A DNA stretch of 64,000 bases from Polyangiales bacterium (GCA_965214225.1 OZ243942.1:1227774-1291773), one strand, 5' to 3'; shown: positions 31,129-41,041, numbered from the stretch's first letter. Made by a program: numbers and translations. The notes: generated from the sequence alone by a model not told the origin.

Positions 31129-32745
31129 TCATCGAGGCTGCGCGAGAGCACGCATACGCTTCTTGATGCTGGTGGAGGCACCGAGCGCTAAGGCTGCGCT
31201 CGCCAACGCGCGCGCTTGCTTTTCCTTGCCTTGCGCCGCGCGCACCTCGGCTAGTCGCGCCAACGCCGTGGCATCCTCTGGATGATGATCAAGGTATCTC
31301 GTGAGCACACGCGCAGCAGGCGAGAGTCGGTTGTGCTGGAGCAGGTGCTCCACTTCGTAACGCATCCGTACCCATTCCGGCACCGTCTGTGCGCGGCTCG
31401 GCAGGTGGTCGCCAAGCTGCTGGAAAACGTGGTAAGCCTTCTTCGCATCACCCCGCAGCTCCAAGATCTTCCCGTACAGCGCTTGTCCCCACAGCGAATG
31501 GTCGTCTCGCAGCAGCTTGAGACTCCGACGGTACTCCCCTTGCTCAGCTAGGAGTTGCGCCAAAGCCCGGTCAAGCTGCGACGAAGCGCAGCGGCGGCGG
31601 CAGCTCTCTAACAAGCTTATACTTGCCCTGTCCATCGCCTCGCGTCGTAAGCCTAGAGCCACAGCTGCACACGCCGATGGATATTCCAAGGCGCGAGAAG
31701 AGAGCTGCTCAAGCGCCTGCAACGCATCGTCCAATGCACCGGCCTCAACAGCTGCCTGGATCCTCAAAAGCAGGACCGGTGAAGCTGGCTGCTCGACGGT
31801 AAGCACCTGAGTCAGCCGCCACGCCTCTTGATCGAGACCAGCGACGAGGTGAAGCCGTGCCGCTTGCTCGAAGCCTCCCACAGCTTGTGAGTCAAGCCTG
31901 CTGAGCACGGAGCGAGCCGCTTGGGGGCGGCCCCGTTGAAGCAGAGCGCGTATGTAAACACGCTTGGCCCAAGGCTCGGCGAACGCTGCACGCGCGATGA
32001 TCAACGCCAGGGATGGATCTGCAGAGGTGAGGGCGCGCTCGGCCATGTGGCGCAGCAAGGAGGCGTCGGAGCTAACCAGCAACGGGGCGGCCTCGCGGAC
32101 GCTGTGGTAGTCTTTCCTCCTGGCGCCCTCCGTGAAGCGTCTCCTGGCCGCAGCGCGCGTGAAACCCTTCCGTGAGACCTGATGCGACCAGAGCACCTCA
32201 TCTCCTGCGTGAGGAAGGCTCATCTGCCGGAGAGCTCGCTCAAGCCGCAACGGAGCGGCCGGGTAGCCCGGCGTCACAGCGGCTGCGCGAGCGTAGCCGC
32301 GTAGGGCGGCGTTCGATGAACCCCGACGCTCCTTCACGTCGGCCCATGCGATCCAAGCGGCCTCCGAAGTCGGGAACTTCGCCAGGGTCATTTCTGAAAG
32401 AAGTTGGGCCTCGCGATGGCGGCCTGCCAAACTTAGAGTCGTTGCCAGACGGGCAAAGACAAACTCATCTGGCGTATCCGCCTCGCGAATTGAGTGCCGA
32501 TATGCCGCAATGGCATCAACGTATCTACCGCGTCTGGTTAGCACCTCCGCGCGGGCAAACCAGGCATAGGCTGCCGGTGCCACTGGCGCGTTGTTCCAGC
32601 GACGCCCATCCACTGTGCGCGGCATCTGCTGAGAGCCTGGAGCTAAACACGCGCCGAGCAGGTTCGCAGCCAGCACGCACAGCAAAAGCTGCGTGTGACA
32701 CAACACGTTTGTACGTTTGCAAACCATCGACGCCGACGTCTTCAT
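31129..32745 (-). CDS. TPR-repeat putative lipoprotein
   Basis: LLGAC lipobox-like sequence; AYAWFARAE and multiple TPR-like helices. Confidence 0.7.
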   Translation of the reverse strand: MKTSASMVCKRTNVLCHTQLLLCVLAANLLGACLAPGSQQMPRTVDGRRWNNAPVAPAAYAWFARAEVLTRRGRYVDAIAAYRHSIREADTPDEFVFARLATTLSLAGRHREAQLLSEMTLAKFPTSEAAWIAWADVKERRGSSNAALRGYARAAAVTPGYPAAPLRLERALRQMSLPHAGDEVLWSHQVSRKGFTRAAARRRFTEGARRKDYHSVREAAPLLVSSDASLLRHMAERALTSADPSLALIIARAAFAEPWAKRVYIRALLQRGRPQAARSVLSRLDSQAVGGFEQAARLHLVAGLDQEAWRLTQVLTVEQPASPVLLLRIQAAVEAGALDDALQALEQLSSRALEYPSACAAVALGLRREAMDRASISLLESCRRRCASSQLDRALAQLLAEQGEYRRSLKLLRDDHSLWGQALYGKILELRGDAKKAYHVFQQLGDHLPSRAQTVPEWVRMRYEVEHLLQHNRLSPAARVLTRYLDHHPEDATALARLAEVRAAQGKEKQARALASAALALGASTSIKKRMRALAQPR

Positions 32746-33050
32746 CTGCCTACCGCGTTTCGGTTAACACGCAGCATCTCCACTCGCACCTGTTGCTCGC
32801 AGACACGTGTTGCTATCATGACCGTAGCTGTAGCACTTTCACACCAGAGCATCGCACGCCAGAGAGACAAGAAAACAAGCTCAGTCTAAAGCGCTCCTGT
32901 CCTCATAGAGCGCTCTTGCCCCAACGAAGAGCACGAGCGCACCTACTGGAGGAAAGGGCGGTGAGCTATCTTCACGGTGTATCCTCTCTCCAACACTGTC
33001 TCACACATCCGCTCCCTTGCGCCACACGCTTAGAAATAGCAGCATCCCGC

Positions 33051-33534
33051 CGACAGGCCCCATGCACATACACTGCGCAGACGCATCGTGAGCGAACGTA
33101 TTGGGGGGACCGCTGCGACTTTTACTGAGGGTTTGGCACCCAGACCCTCTACCGCGGAAGTCAATCCCGCGGTATTCACCCAAGCTCCCCCGACCATCAC
33201 GAACGTGTTCGGGTAGCAGGAATGACGAAGTGGTTGGATCTACACGTCGTTGCAAGTCAGTGGGATGCTCACGTGGAAATGAGCCTGAGCCTCCCTGGCG
33301 AAGTCGACTACGCCACTCTCCCCCGCATGTTGCCGGCATCCACGACAGGCCCGAGGGCTGATGCATCGTGAGCGAACGTATTGGGGGGACCGCTTTCCGA
33401 AGGAAAGGGGTGGGTCCCGCTGAGTGAGCCGCGATGCATCGGCCCTCGGGCCTGCCACCACGCTGCACGGCCTCCCATGCTGCGTCGCCACTCGACGCTG
33501 CCACTCGACGCTGCCACTCGACGCTGCCACTCGG
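33051..33534 (+). repeat. Modular structured repeat family 1, locus 3 (about 1.5 units plus a 13-bp tandem tail)
   Basis: Two GCATCGTGAGCGAACGTATTGGGGGGACC cores (33083, 33363), unit start GGAAATGAGCC at 33275, tail GCCACTCGACGCT x3.6. Confidence 0.95.
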
Positions 33535-33651
33535 CTTCAGACGGTTCATTCCTGCCCCCAAAGATAGATGCGACTGCCCTGTCTGCGCGCTAGATTCGGC
33601 GAACGCGCTTATGGTAGTGTCAGCTCAAGCCCTTAGCCCACGAGATTTCCA

Positions 33652-35793
33652 ATGAATCCTCCCGCAATGCTGGCGTCGCTCCTATTATTGCTTGGTTTGT
33701 TCGCCTGGTCGGCAGTGCGGCGCTACCAGCTACTTCGAGCTGTAGGCGGCGACGCCCCCCTGCGCCTGAACTCGGTCAGCGAACTTCTCGCACGTGTGAA
33801 GATGACCGTTATCTACGCTTTCGGACAGCGCAAAATGCCTTACTATAAGGCGGCGGGTATCGCGCACATCCTTATCTTCTTTGGCTTCCTCGTATTGCTG
33901 CTTAGGAGCCTGCTCCTTTGGGGACGTGGGTTCGATCCAACCTTCGATTTTTACGGCGCACTAGCCCATGGGTCAGGGCTGAGCACTGTATACGCGATTC
34001 TCAAAGATTTCTTCGCGATGCTCGTGATCATTGGCTCCTCCATCTTTCTCTACTTCCGGATCGTCAAGCGCGAAAAACGGATGAGCCTTGGTAGCGAGGG
34101 GCTGATCATCCTTTTCATCATCATCACAATGATGCTCGCCGACTTCCTTTACGACGGAGCCGCTAACCTGCTTCGACATCGCGCCCTTGGCCGTTCAGTC
34201 ACGCCCTCGTGGTCAGACCCAATGGGCTCGCTGGTAGCCACTGCGCTCACGCCGCTTCGGCTTGAGGTCAACCAGCTAACCGCTCTTGAGCACCTTGGTT
34301 TTTGGTGGCACTCGCTGTTTGTCCTCATCTTCCTCAACCTGTTGCCGTACTCCAAGCACTTCCACATCATCACCGCGATACCCAACGTTTTCGCCATGCC
34401 TTTGAAGCCGCGCGGGCAACTGCGACCGGTCGACGACTTGGAAGGTCGGGTGGAACGTGAAGAAGCTCTCGGCCTTGGAAAAATAGAGGATCTCTCGTGG
34501 AAGGAAGTCCTTGATACGTACACCTGCACCGAGTGCGGCCGTTGCAGCGATAACTGCCCCGCCTATACGACCGGCAAGATGCTCTCTCCCAAGCATCTGA
34601 TGCTGGCTCTGCGGGAGCACCTATATGACTCAGAAGCACGCCTCACGTTGGCGACCGACGTGCCTCACGCAGACAGCCAAGATCGGGTTCCGGAGGGTCG
34701 GCAAGAGCTCGGCTACGGAGCGCCCGAGGGTGGATATTTTCGCAGCAGTGAAGAGGTAAACCTGGTGCCTGGCATCATGGACCCCAATGTCATTTGGGCG
34801 TGCACCACGTGCCGGGCCTGCGAAGAGCAATGTCCGGTGATGATCACGTTTATCGATAAGATCGTCGGGATGAGACGCGATCAAGTGTTGATGCATGCTG
34901 CCATGCCTGCAGAACTTGAAAAGCCCATGACGGCTATGGAAGTCAATGGCAATCCTTGGAATCTCCCCTCGAGCGAAAGAGCGCAATGGTGCGACGGGCT
35001 GGACGTTGCCTTCTTGCGAGATAAGCCTGATGCTGAGGTCCTCTACTGGGTCGGGTGCGCAGCGAGTTACGACGACCGCGCCAAGCGTATAGCGCGCGCC
35101 ACAGCTTCTTTGCTGAAGCTTGCCGATGTGGGCTTTGCCATTTTGGGATCGGAAGAACGCTGCACCGGCGACCCGGCCCGAAGAGCCGGCAACGAGTACC
35201 TCTTTGAAATGCTAGCGCAAGCTAACATCGAGACCCTCAAGTCGTACAAGGCGGAGACGAAGAAGATCATCACAGCCTGCCCGCACTGTTTCAACACGCT
35301 CGCTCGTGAGTATCCACAGTTCAACGCGCACTTCGAGGTCGTGCACCACACCACATTCCTCCTGGAGTTGGTGCAAGCTGGAAGGATCCCGCTCGAGTCT
35401 ACCAAAGCCCAAAGCTTCGTCTTTCACGACAGTTGCTACCTTGGGCGCTTCAACGACATCTACGACGCGCCGCGCGAGCTGCTTAAGGCCGTCCCCGGCC
35501 TCGATCTGAAGGAGGTTCCGTACTGGTCGAAGAACAAAGGGCTCTGCTGCGGCGCCGGAGGCGCGCAGATGTGGATGGAGGAGCAGAACCAAGATCGCGT
35601 CAATAATAAACGCGCCCTCCAGCTCGTAGACACTGGGGCAGATGCCGTGGCCAGCGCATGCCCCTTTTGCGCAACGATGCTTGAAGATGGCCTAAAAGCA
35701 ACTGGCAAGTCCGTCACGCAGCTGGACGTGGCCGAGATACTGGCCATGTCCGTGGCGACAGGCAGCGCGTCATCTGCCGAGGTGCAGCCATAG
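33652..35793 (+). CDS. Membrane-bound Fe-S oxidoreductase (HdrD/GlpC/FadF-like)
   Basis: N-terminal TM region; CTECGRCSDNCP and CTTCRACEEQCP; CCG domains (CTGD, HDSCYLGR, CCGAGG, ACPFC). Confidence 0.93.
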   Translation: MNPPAMLASLLLLLGLFAWSAVRRYQLLRAVGGDAPLRLNSVSELLARVKMTVIYAFGQRKMPYYKAAGIAHILIFFGFLVLLLRSLLLWGRGFDPTFDFYGALAHGSGLSTVYAILKDFFAMLVIIGSSIFLYFRIVKREKRMSLGSEGLIILFIIITMMLADFLYDGAANLLRHRALGRSVTPSWSDPMGSLVATALTPLRLEVNQLTALEHLGFWWHSLFVLIFLNLLPYSKHFHIITAIPNVFAMPLKPRGQLRPVDDLEGRVEREEALGLGKIEDLSWKEVLDTYTCTECGRCSDNCPAYTTGKMLSPKHLMLALREHLYDSEARLTLATDVPHADSQDRVPEGRQELGYGAPEGGYFRSSEEVNLVPGIMDPNVIWACTTCRACEEQCPVMITFIDKIVGMRRDQVLMHAAMPAELEKPMTAMEVNGNPWNLPSSERAQWCDGLDVAFLRDKPDAEVLYWVGCAASYDDRAKRIARATASLLKLADVGFAILGSEERCTGDPARRAGNEYLFEMLAQANIETLKSYKAETKKIITACPHCFNTLAREYPQFNAHFEVVHHTTFLLELVQAGRIPLESTKAQSFVFHDSCYLGRFNDIYDAPRELLKAVPGLDLKEVPYWSKNKGLCCGAGGAQMWMEEQNQDRVNNKRALQLVDTGADAVASACPFCATMLEDGLKATGKSVTQLDVAEILAMSVATGSASSAEVQP

Positions 35794-35851
35794 CCCAGCA
35801 GCCATAGCCCAGCAGCCATAGCCCAGCAGCCACAGCCCAGCAGCCACAGCC
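35785..35851. repeat. 14-bp tandem repeat x4.8 containing the Fe-S gene stop codon
   Basis: CAGCCATAGCCCAG x3 then CAGCCACAGCCCAG. Confidence 0.92.
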
Positions 35852-35906
35852 TAGGGCAATCGCATCTAGAAGTAGTAGCAATTGCCCGAGGCCCTACCCG
35901 AGAAGC

Positions 35907-37084
35907 GGAAACGAGCCTGAGCCCCTGGGCGAAGTCGACTACGCCACTCCCCCACGCTTGTCGGCTTCCACGACAGGCCCGCTGGCAGATGCATCGTGAG
36001 CGAACGTATTGGGGGGACCACCGCCCAGCCCTGGTTGAATGACGCAGGGCGGTGGTCCCGCTGAGTGAGCGGCGATGCGTCTCTTAACGGGGGTCTGGCA
36101 CCCAGACGCTGTGCCACCCAAACTATCTGCCGCGGAAGTCAATCCCGCTGCATTCACCCAAACTCCCCCGCTCATCACGAACGTGTTCGGGTAGCAGGAG
36201 TGACGAACTGGTTGCATCTATACGTCGTTGCAAAGCAGTGAGGTCTCCGTTCGGAAATGAGCCTGAGCCTCCCGGCGAAGTCAACTACGCCACTCTCCCC
36301 CCGCATATTGCCGCAACACTGACAGGCCCGCTGGCCGATGCATCGTGAGCAAACGTATTGGGGGGACCGCTGCGACTTTTACTGAAGGTCTGGCACCCAG
36401 ACCCTCTGCACGGGAGTCAATCCCGCTGCATTCACCCAAACTCCCCCGCCCATCACAAACGTGTTCGGGTAGCAGGAGTGACGATTTGGTTGCATCTATA
36501 CGTCGTTGCAAAGCAGTGAGGTCTCCGTTCGGAAATGAGTCTGAGCCTCCCGGCGAAGTCGCCTACGCCACTCTCCCCCGCATGTTGCCGCAACACTGAC
36601 AGGCCCGCTGGCCGATGCATCGTGAGCGAACGTATTGGGGGGACCGCTGCGACTTTTACTGAAGGTCTGGCACCCAGACCCTCTGCACGGGAGTCAATCC
36701 CGCTGCATTCACCCAAACTCCCCCGCCCATCACAAACGTGTTCGGGTAGCAGGGTCAACCGCGTGATGCATCCATACATCGGTGTAAATCAGTGGGTTCG
36801 CTCCGGAAATGAGCCTGAGCCTTTTGGCGAAGTCGACTACGCCACTCTCCCCCCGCTTGTCGGCATGTACGACGGGCCCGCTGGCAGATGCATCGTGAGC
36901 GAACGTATTGGGGGGACCGCCCAAAGGGTGGTGGGTCCCGCTGAGTGAGCGGCGATGCGTCTGCCAGCGGGCCGGCCACCACGCTGCACGGTCCCCCACG
37001 CTGCACGGTCCCCCACGCTGCACGGTCCCCCACGCTGCACGGTCGTCTCCCACGCTGCACGGTCTCCCACGCTGCACGGTCTCT
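35907..37084 (+). repeat. Modular structured repeat family 1, locus 4: tandem array of about 3.6 units plus a 17-bp x6 tail
   Basis: Unit starts GGAAAYGAGYCTGAGCC at 35907, 36253, 36531 and 36805; tail CACGCTGCACGGTCCCC-like x6 at 36980-37084. Confidence 0.97.
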
Positions 37085-37207
37085 TAAACTGCGCTTGAAT
37101 GCCCCCGTACCCGTAAAGCACGTAGGCCACGCCAGTAGCAAGCTGCCAGGGCAAAGCTGCCGGTATAAAGTTGACAACTAAGATGACCGAGCCATGCTCC
37201 CCGCACC

Positions 37208-37687
37208 GTGCTTCCTCTACTAGCGCAGCATCTTCTCACGCAGCATCTTCTCACGCAGCATCTTCTCACGCAAGGCACCGCATCTCCACCGTCGATGATC
37301 TGGCCGATCCTGCGAACACTACTGGTGCTCTTGCTGATTTCCGCATCAGCCTGGTGGGCCCTCCGGTGGCTCTCGAGGAGGGGCTTCGGCGTGGTGAAGT
37401 CGGATGGACAGATTCAGGTTGTACAACATCGGCCGCTCACCCGGACGCAGGCTCTCTACATCGTTGAGGTGGAGGGCCACCGACTCCTGCTCGGGGTCGG
37501 TAGAGAGGGTGCGCCGCGTCTCATCTCCAAGCTTGATGCGGTGCGGAGCGCAGAGTCTCTAGAAGGCCACGCCGCTCAGCTTCGCTCTCTCTCGAGCACA
37601 CCCCCAGGCAAAGACAGCAGCGTGACCGATGGCGAACCGCAGAAGGAGCACCGCTCCGCCGGAAGCTTCCCGGCAACCTTCAGCTAA
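37208..37687 (+). CDS. FliO-like export-associated membrane protein
   Basis: Single TM (LVLLLISASAWWALRWL), then IQVVQHRPL...ALYIVEVEG.RLLLGVG; start uncertain. Confidence 0.7.
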   Translation: MLPLLAQHLLTQHLLTQHLLTQGTASPPSMIWPILRTLLVLLLISASAWWALRWLSRRGFGVVKSDGQIQVVQHRPLTRTQALYIVEVEGHRLLLGVGREGAPRLISKLDAVRSAESLEGHAAQLRSLSSTPPGKDSSVTDGEPQKEHRSAGSFPATFS

Positions 37688-37702
37688 GGAGGCGTCGCGC
37701 AC

Positions 37703-38335
37703 ATGTCATCAACCTGGTTCACTTTCCTCGCCCTCTCGCTTATTCCGGTGGGTCTCATTGCGACCACAAGCTTCGCTAAGATCGCAGTGGTCCTGTCCAT
37801 CGTGCGCAATGCTCTCGGACTTAATCAGGTGCCATCGGGCATCATCGTGGCTGTTGTATCGATCGCTTTAAGTGTGCATGTGATGAGCCCTGTCTTTGAG
37901 AGCATCTTTGTCGACTCGGAATGGAGTTCACTGGAAACCCTTAAGCCCCAGCAAGCCTTTCAGAAGATTGCGGAGCTAAGGCAGCCACTCAGCAGGTTTT
38001 TGCAACGCAACTCGGGAAAGCGAGAGCTCGCGTTCTTTGCCGAAGTTGCCAAATCAAGGTACGCACGCGAAGCATCAGCCGACACGCTGCGCAGCAGTTT
38101 TCGCGTGGTGGTGCCGGCTTTCATGCTCACTGAGCTTGCCGAAGCCTTCCGCGTGGCGCTACTCGTCTTCCTACCGTTCCTGGTGATCGATGTGGTGGTA
38201 GCAAGCATTCTTGCAGCGCTTGGCATGCAGCTGCTCTCCCCGGCGGCTGTAGCCGTCCCCTTCAAGCTTCTTCTTTTTGTGCTCGTGGACGGCTGGTTCA
38301 TGCTCTCACGCGCCCTAGTCTTGAGCTACGCGTAA
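37703..38335 (+). CDS. Type III export gate subunit, SctR (EscR/YscR)/FliP family
   Basis: TTSFAKIAVVLSIVRNALG..QVP, PAFML.EL.EAF, FLPFLVID.VVA.IL.ALGM, PFKLLLFVLVDGW. Confidence 0.93.
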   Translation: MSSTWFTFLALSLIPVGLIATTSFAKIAVVLSIVRNALGLNQVPSGIIVAVVSIALSVHVMSPVFESIFVDSEWSSLETLKPQQAFQKIAELRQPLSRFLQRNSGKRELAFFAEVAKSRYAREASADTLRSSFRVVVPAFMLTELAEAFRVALLVFLPFLVIDVVVASILAALGMQLLSPAAVAVPFKLLLFVLVDGWFMLSRALVLSYA

Positions 38336-38453
38336 GCCGAGGGACGCTGTCTATGGCTATACGTGCGCGATACGTCTCGCTTCCCTCGCCCAGCTAAAGT
38401 GACTGGACGCGTGTCTCGTGCAGTTCACGTAAGAAGGCAATGGGTATAGCTCG

Positions 38454-39240
38454 CTACCGAAGGAGCGTCATCGTCTGAAGGGACTGGTATCCCGCCTCAG
38501 TTCCTATTACTGCCACTAGGTCGGCGACTTGAAAACAAAAATCGGCGTCGGGGTGGGCACACAGTTCCTCATTGCGGAGGACGCCTACCACAGTGGCTCC
38601 GGTGCGATTGCGCACATCGAGCTCTCCGAGGGAGCTGCCCGCGAACGAGCTTCCTGAAGGGATCTGTACCCAGTGCAGTTCGTCGACCATTGGCCGACCT
38701 GAGTTGAGCGATTGTTCTGTACCCTTCCCCCTCGTTGAAGAAAGGCGCAAAGAGGTGTTGGCGCAGCGACTCTGTCCGATTCTGGATCTCCGTAAGTGGG
38801 AACGGAAAGTAGAGCAAGGACTCGCGAACCATTTCAAGACTAGCTTCAAACTCTGGGAGAATGACACTGCTCACTCCCATGTCCCGGAAGACGTCGACAA
38901 ACGCAGGGTCGGAAGTCTGGGCCACAACCTTGATGGCCGCGTTCTGCCGCTTTGCGTGCGAGATGATGGCGCGCGTGGTGATGATATCTGGCGTTGTAAT
39001 CACCAGCAGTCGCGCGGCATCTACCGTAGTCGCTTCGAGCACGATCGGATGTGTCGCATCACCGTAAATGACTGGAACACCTTCGGCTCGGGCGCTTTGC
39101 ATCCGATGCTGGATTGTTGAGCTGCGGCAACACCACCATCAGTGGAACCACCGCTAGGTCCTGAACGATGAGCATTCCAATCATAACCTTGCTCGAGAGT
39201 GTGCCGAGCCAGCCATGGTTCATCAGCAGTCGGATTGCCA
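38454..39240 (-). pseudogene. Remnant of a CPA2/Kef-type cation:proton antiporter (TM fragment, TrkA-N, TrkA-C)
   Basis: [30 protein letters not shown] fragment joined out of frame to VIYGDA...EFEASLEM (TrkA-N); second frameshift near 38690 before GSSLGELDVRNRTGATVVGV (TrkA-C); no 5' end. Confidence 0.85.
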
Positions 39241-39347
39241 GCCCTAGGTTTTGCTGCGCTCAAGGGCGCAGCGTTTCTCGCTCCCGCTGGTGGATTTGCA
39301 TTCCGCGTGAGCACGTGTGCGCAAAGTACACGAGTCGTGGGCCTTAC

Positions 39348-40790
39348 CTACGCTTCGGTGTCAGTGGAGCTTAGGTCGTCGGTGGTGATTTCGTGCTTCT
39401 TCATCAACTTGCGGAGGTATTTCCGGTCGATGTCGGCATCACGCGCGGCATGTGAGATGTTCATCTGGTTGCGGCGCAACAAGGTTGCGATGTAGTCGCG
39501 CTCGAACGTCTCGACCCAACGTTCCTTGGCTTCTTTAAACTTATCGTTCACGTCCACTTCTGCATCTGCCATCTTCGTCGATGCAGCTGACGATACCTCT
39601 GCGCTTCCATCCGAGGAGCGAAGATGCTGCGGAAGATCTTCTAGCCGAAGCTGCGATGAGTCGGCGAAACTCACCGCGCGCTCCACCACATTCAGCAGCT
39701 CGCGCACATTGCCTGGCCAGTTGTAACGGTTGAGTTGATCCCAAACCCGGGGATCCACGTCGACTACGCGCTGGCTTCCTTCTTTGTCGAAGTTGAAGCT
39801 ACACGTGTTTAGAAAATGCGACACCAGTAGAGGAAGATCGTCTTTGCGCTCGCGCAAAGACGGCAGAAGAATCCGTACAACGCTCAATCGGTAGTAGAGA
39901 TCCTCCCGAAAGCGTCCCGCCTTGACCTCTTCTTTCAGCTTGCGGTTGGTTGCAGCCACGATGCGCACATCCACCTTGATGGGCCGCGAACCTCCAACCC
40001 GCTTGACCTCACGCTGCTCGAGAGCACGCAACAGCTTCGGCTGCAAATCCAGCGCGAGCTCGCCAAGCTCATCCAGGAACAAGGTGCCGCCGTTGGCCAT
40101 TTCGAACATGCCTTGCCGCGATGTCATCGCACCTGTAAATGACCCCTTCTCGTGACCGAAAAGCTCGCTCTCGATCAGGTTTTCGGGAACTGCGCCGCAG
40201 TCAAACACAATGAAAGGACCCGAGCGGTGGGCCGACTGCTGATGAATGGTGCGCGCGACGATTTCCTTACCCGTGCCTGTCTCGCCTTCAATGATCACCG
40301 TGGCGTCTGTGCGGCCGATTTTCTCCAGTATCGCGTAAACTTCGCGCATCTTCGCATCCCGACCGATCAGGTCGCCAAAACGCTCTTTGTCGGACGGAAC
40401 GATCCGCAACTTCTCATCAACGGGAACAAAGTTGATCTCAGATTTGCCGAGGGTAACGACGTAGTTTGGACGGAGAAAGGCCTCCCGCACCCGCACGCGA
40501 TTGACGAACGTGCCGTTGGTGGAGCCGAGGTCGCTTATGAGGTAATAGTCGCCTTCCACAAAAATTTTGCAGTGGTTGCGACTGACCGTCTCATCATCGA
40601 GCACCAGGTCATTATCCTCCATCGCGCCGATGGTGATGACATCTTTATCAAACACATGCTCCTGCGCATCCGCATCACCCGTTGATACAACGAGCTTGCA
40701 GCGGCGGAGAGTGATGGTGGTTGGGCGTCCGTCGATGTACGTGATTTTTGTGGCGGAGACTGCGTCGGGAAGCTTAGAAGTAGAAGACAT
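39348..40790 (-). CDS. FHA-domain sigma54-dependent enhancer-binding protein (Fis HTH)
   Basis: [16 protein letters not shown]...DLGSTNGT (FHA); [48 protein letters not shown]. Confidence 0.95.
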   Translation of the reverse strand: MSSTSKLPDAVSATKITYIDGRPTTITLRRCKLVVSTGDADAQEHVFDKDVITIGAMEDNDLVLDDETVSRNHCKIFVEGDYYLISDLGSTNGTFVNRVRVREAFLRPNYVVTLGKSEINFVPVDEKLRIVPSDKERFGDLIGRDAKMREVYAILEKIGRTDATVIIEGETGTGKEIVARTIHQQSAHRSGPFIVFDCGAVPENLIESELFGHEKGSFTGAMTSRQGMFEMANGGTLFLDELGELALDLQPKLLRALEQREVKRVGGSRPIKVDVRIVAATNRKLKEEVKAGRFREDLYYRLSVVRILLPSLRERKDDLPLLVSHFLNTCSFNFDKEGSQRVVDVDPRVWDQLNRYNWPGNVRELLNVVERAVSFADSSQLRLEDLPQHLRSSDGSAEVSSAASTKMADAEVDVNDKFKEAKERWVETFERDYIATLLRRNQMNISHAARDADIDRKYLRKLMKKHEITTDDLSSTDTEA

Positions 40791-41041
40791 ACCTGCGGAG
40801 TTTAGCCTCTGATCAGGGGTGGGGTCAACTCTCCCCATGCGATAAAAGTGATCGCGAGTGAAGCCACAGTGTCCGGTCAGTTTCTCGTGAGTCGGTTATC
40901 GAGGTGGTTGTGCATTTGCGTGGTGAAATCGCAGGAGACGCAGTCGAGTAGAACTCCACGCACAACTCCGCCGGAGCGAGCCGGCCTACCGGAGCGCATT
41001 CTAGACGCGTGAGGATTGAATTTGAGGGCGCGACTTCTGCG

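Noticed and set aside
32172-33128. 318-aa + strand ORF, and similar long antisense ORFs across the window
   Set aside because: Shadow ORFs opposite well-supported genes in high-GC DNA, with no domain motifs.
36887-36960. Hammerhead ribozyme (type II order: GC-GAA ... hairpin ... CTGAG(T/A)GA-GC)
   Set aside because: The core has an extra nucleotide relative to CUGANGA, lacks the A15.1-U16.1 pair and a stem III, and stem I is not closed next to the core. The resemblance is only superficial; a self-cleavage assay would settle it.
35907-37084. CRISPR array
   Set aside because: Units are 274-346 bp and similar along their whole length; there is no short repeat with unique spacers and no cas genes. 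The 11-20 bp arrays elsewhere have no spacers.
36281-37177. ORFs with repeated PPNTFAHDAS / AVPPIRSLTMH peptides (also at 10.3-10.7 and 33.0-33.6 kb)
   Set aside because: They are translations of the non-coding repeat family in several frames on both strands, with no consistent start, stop or frame.
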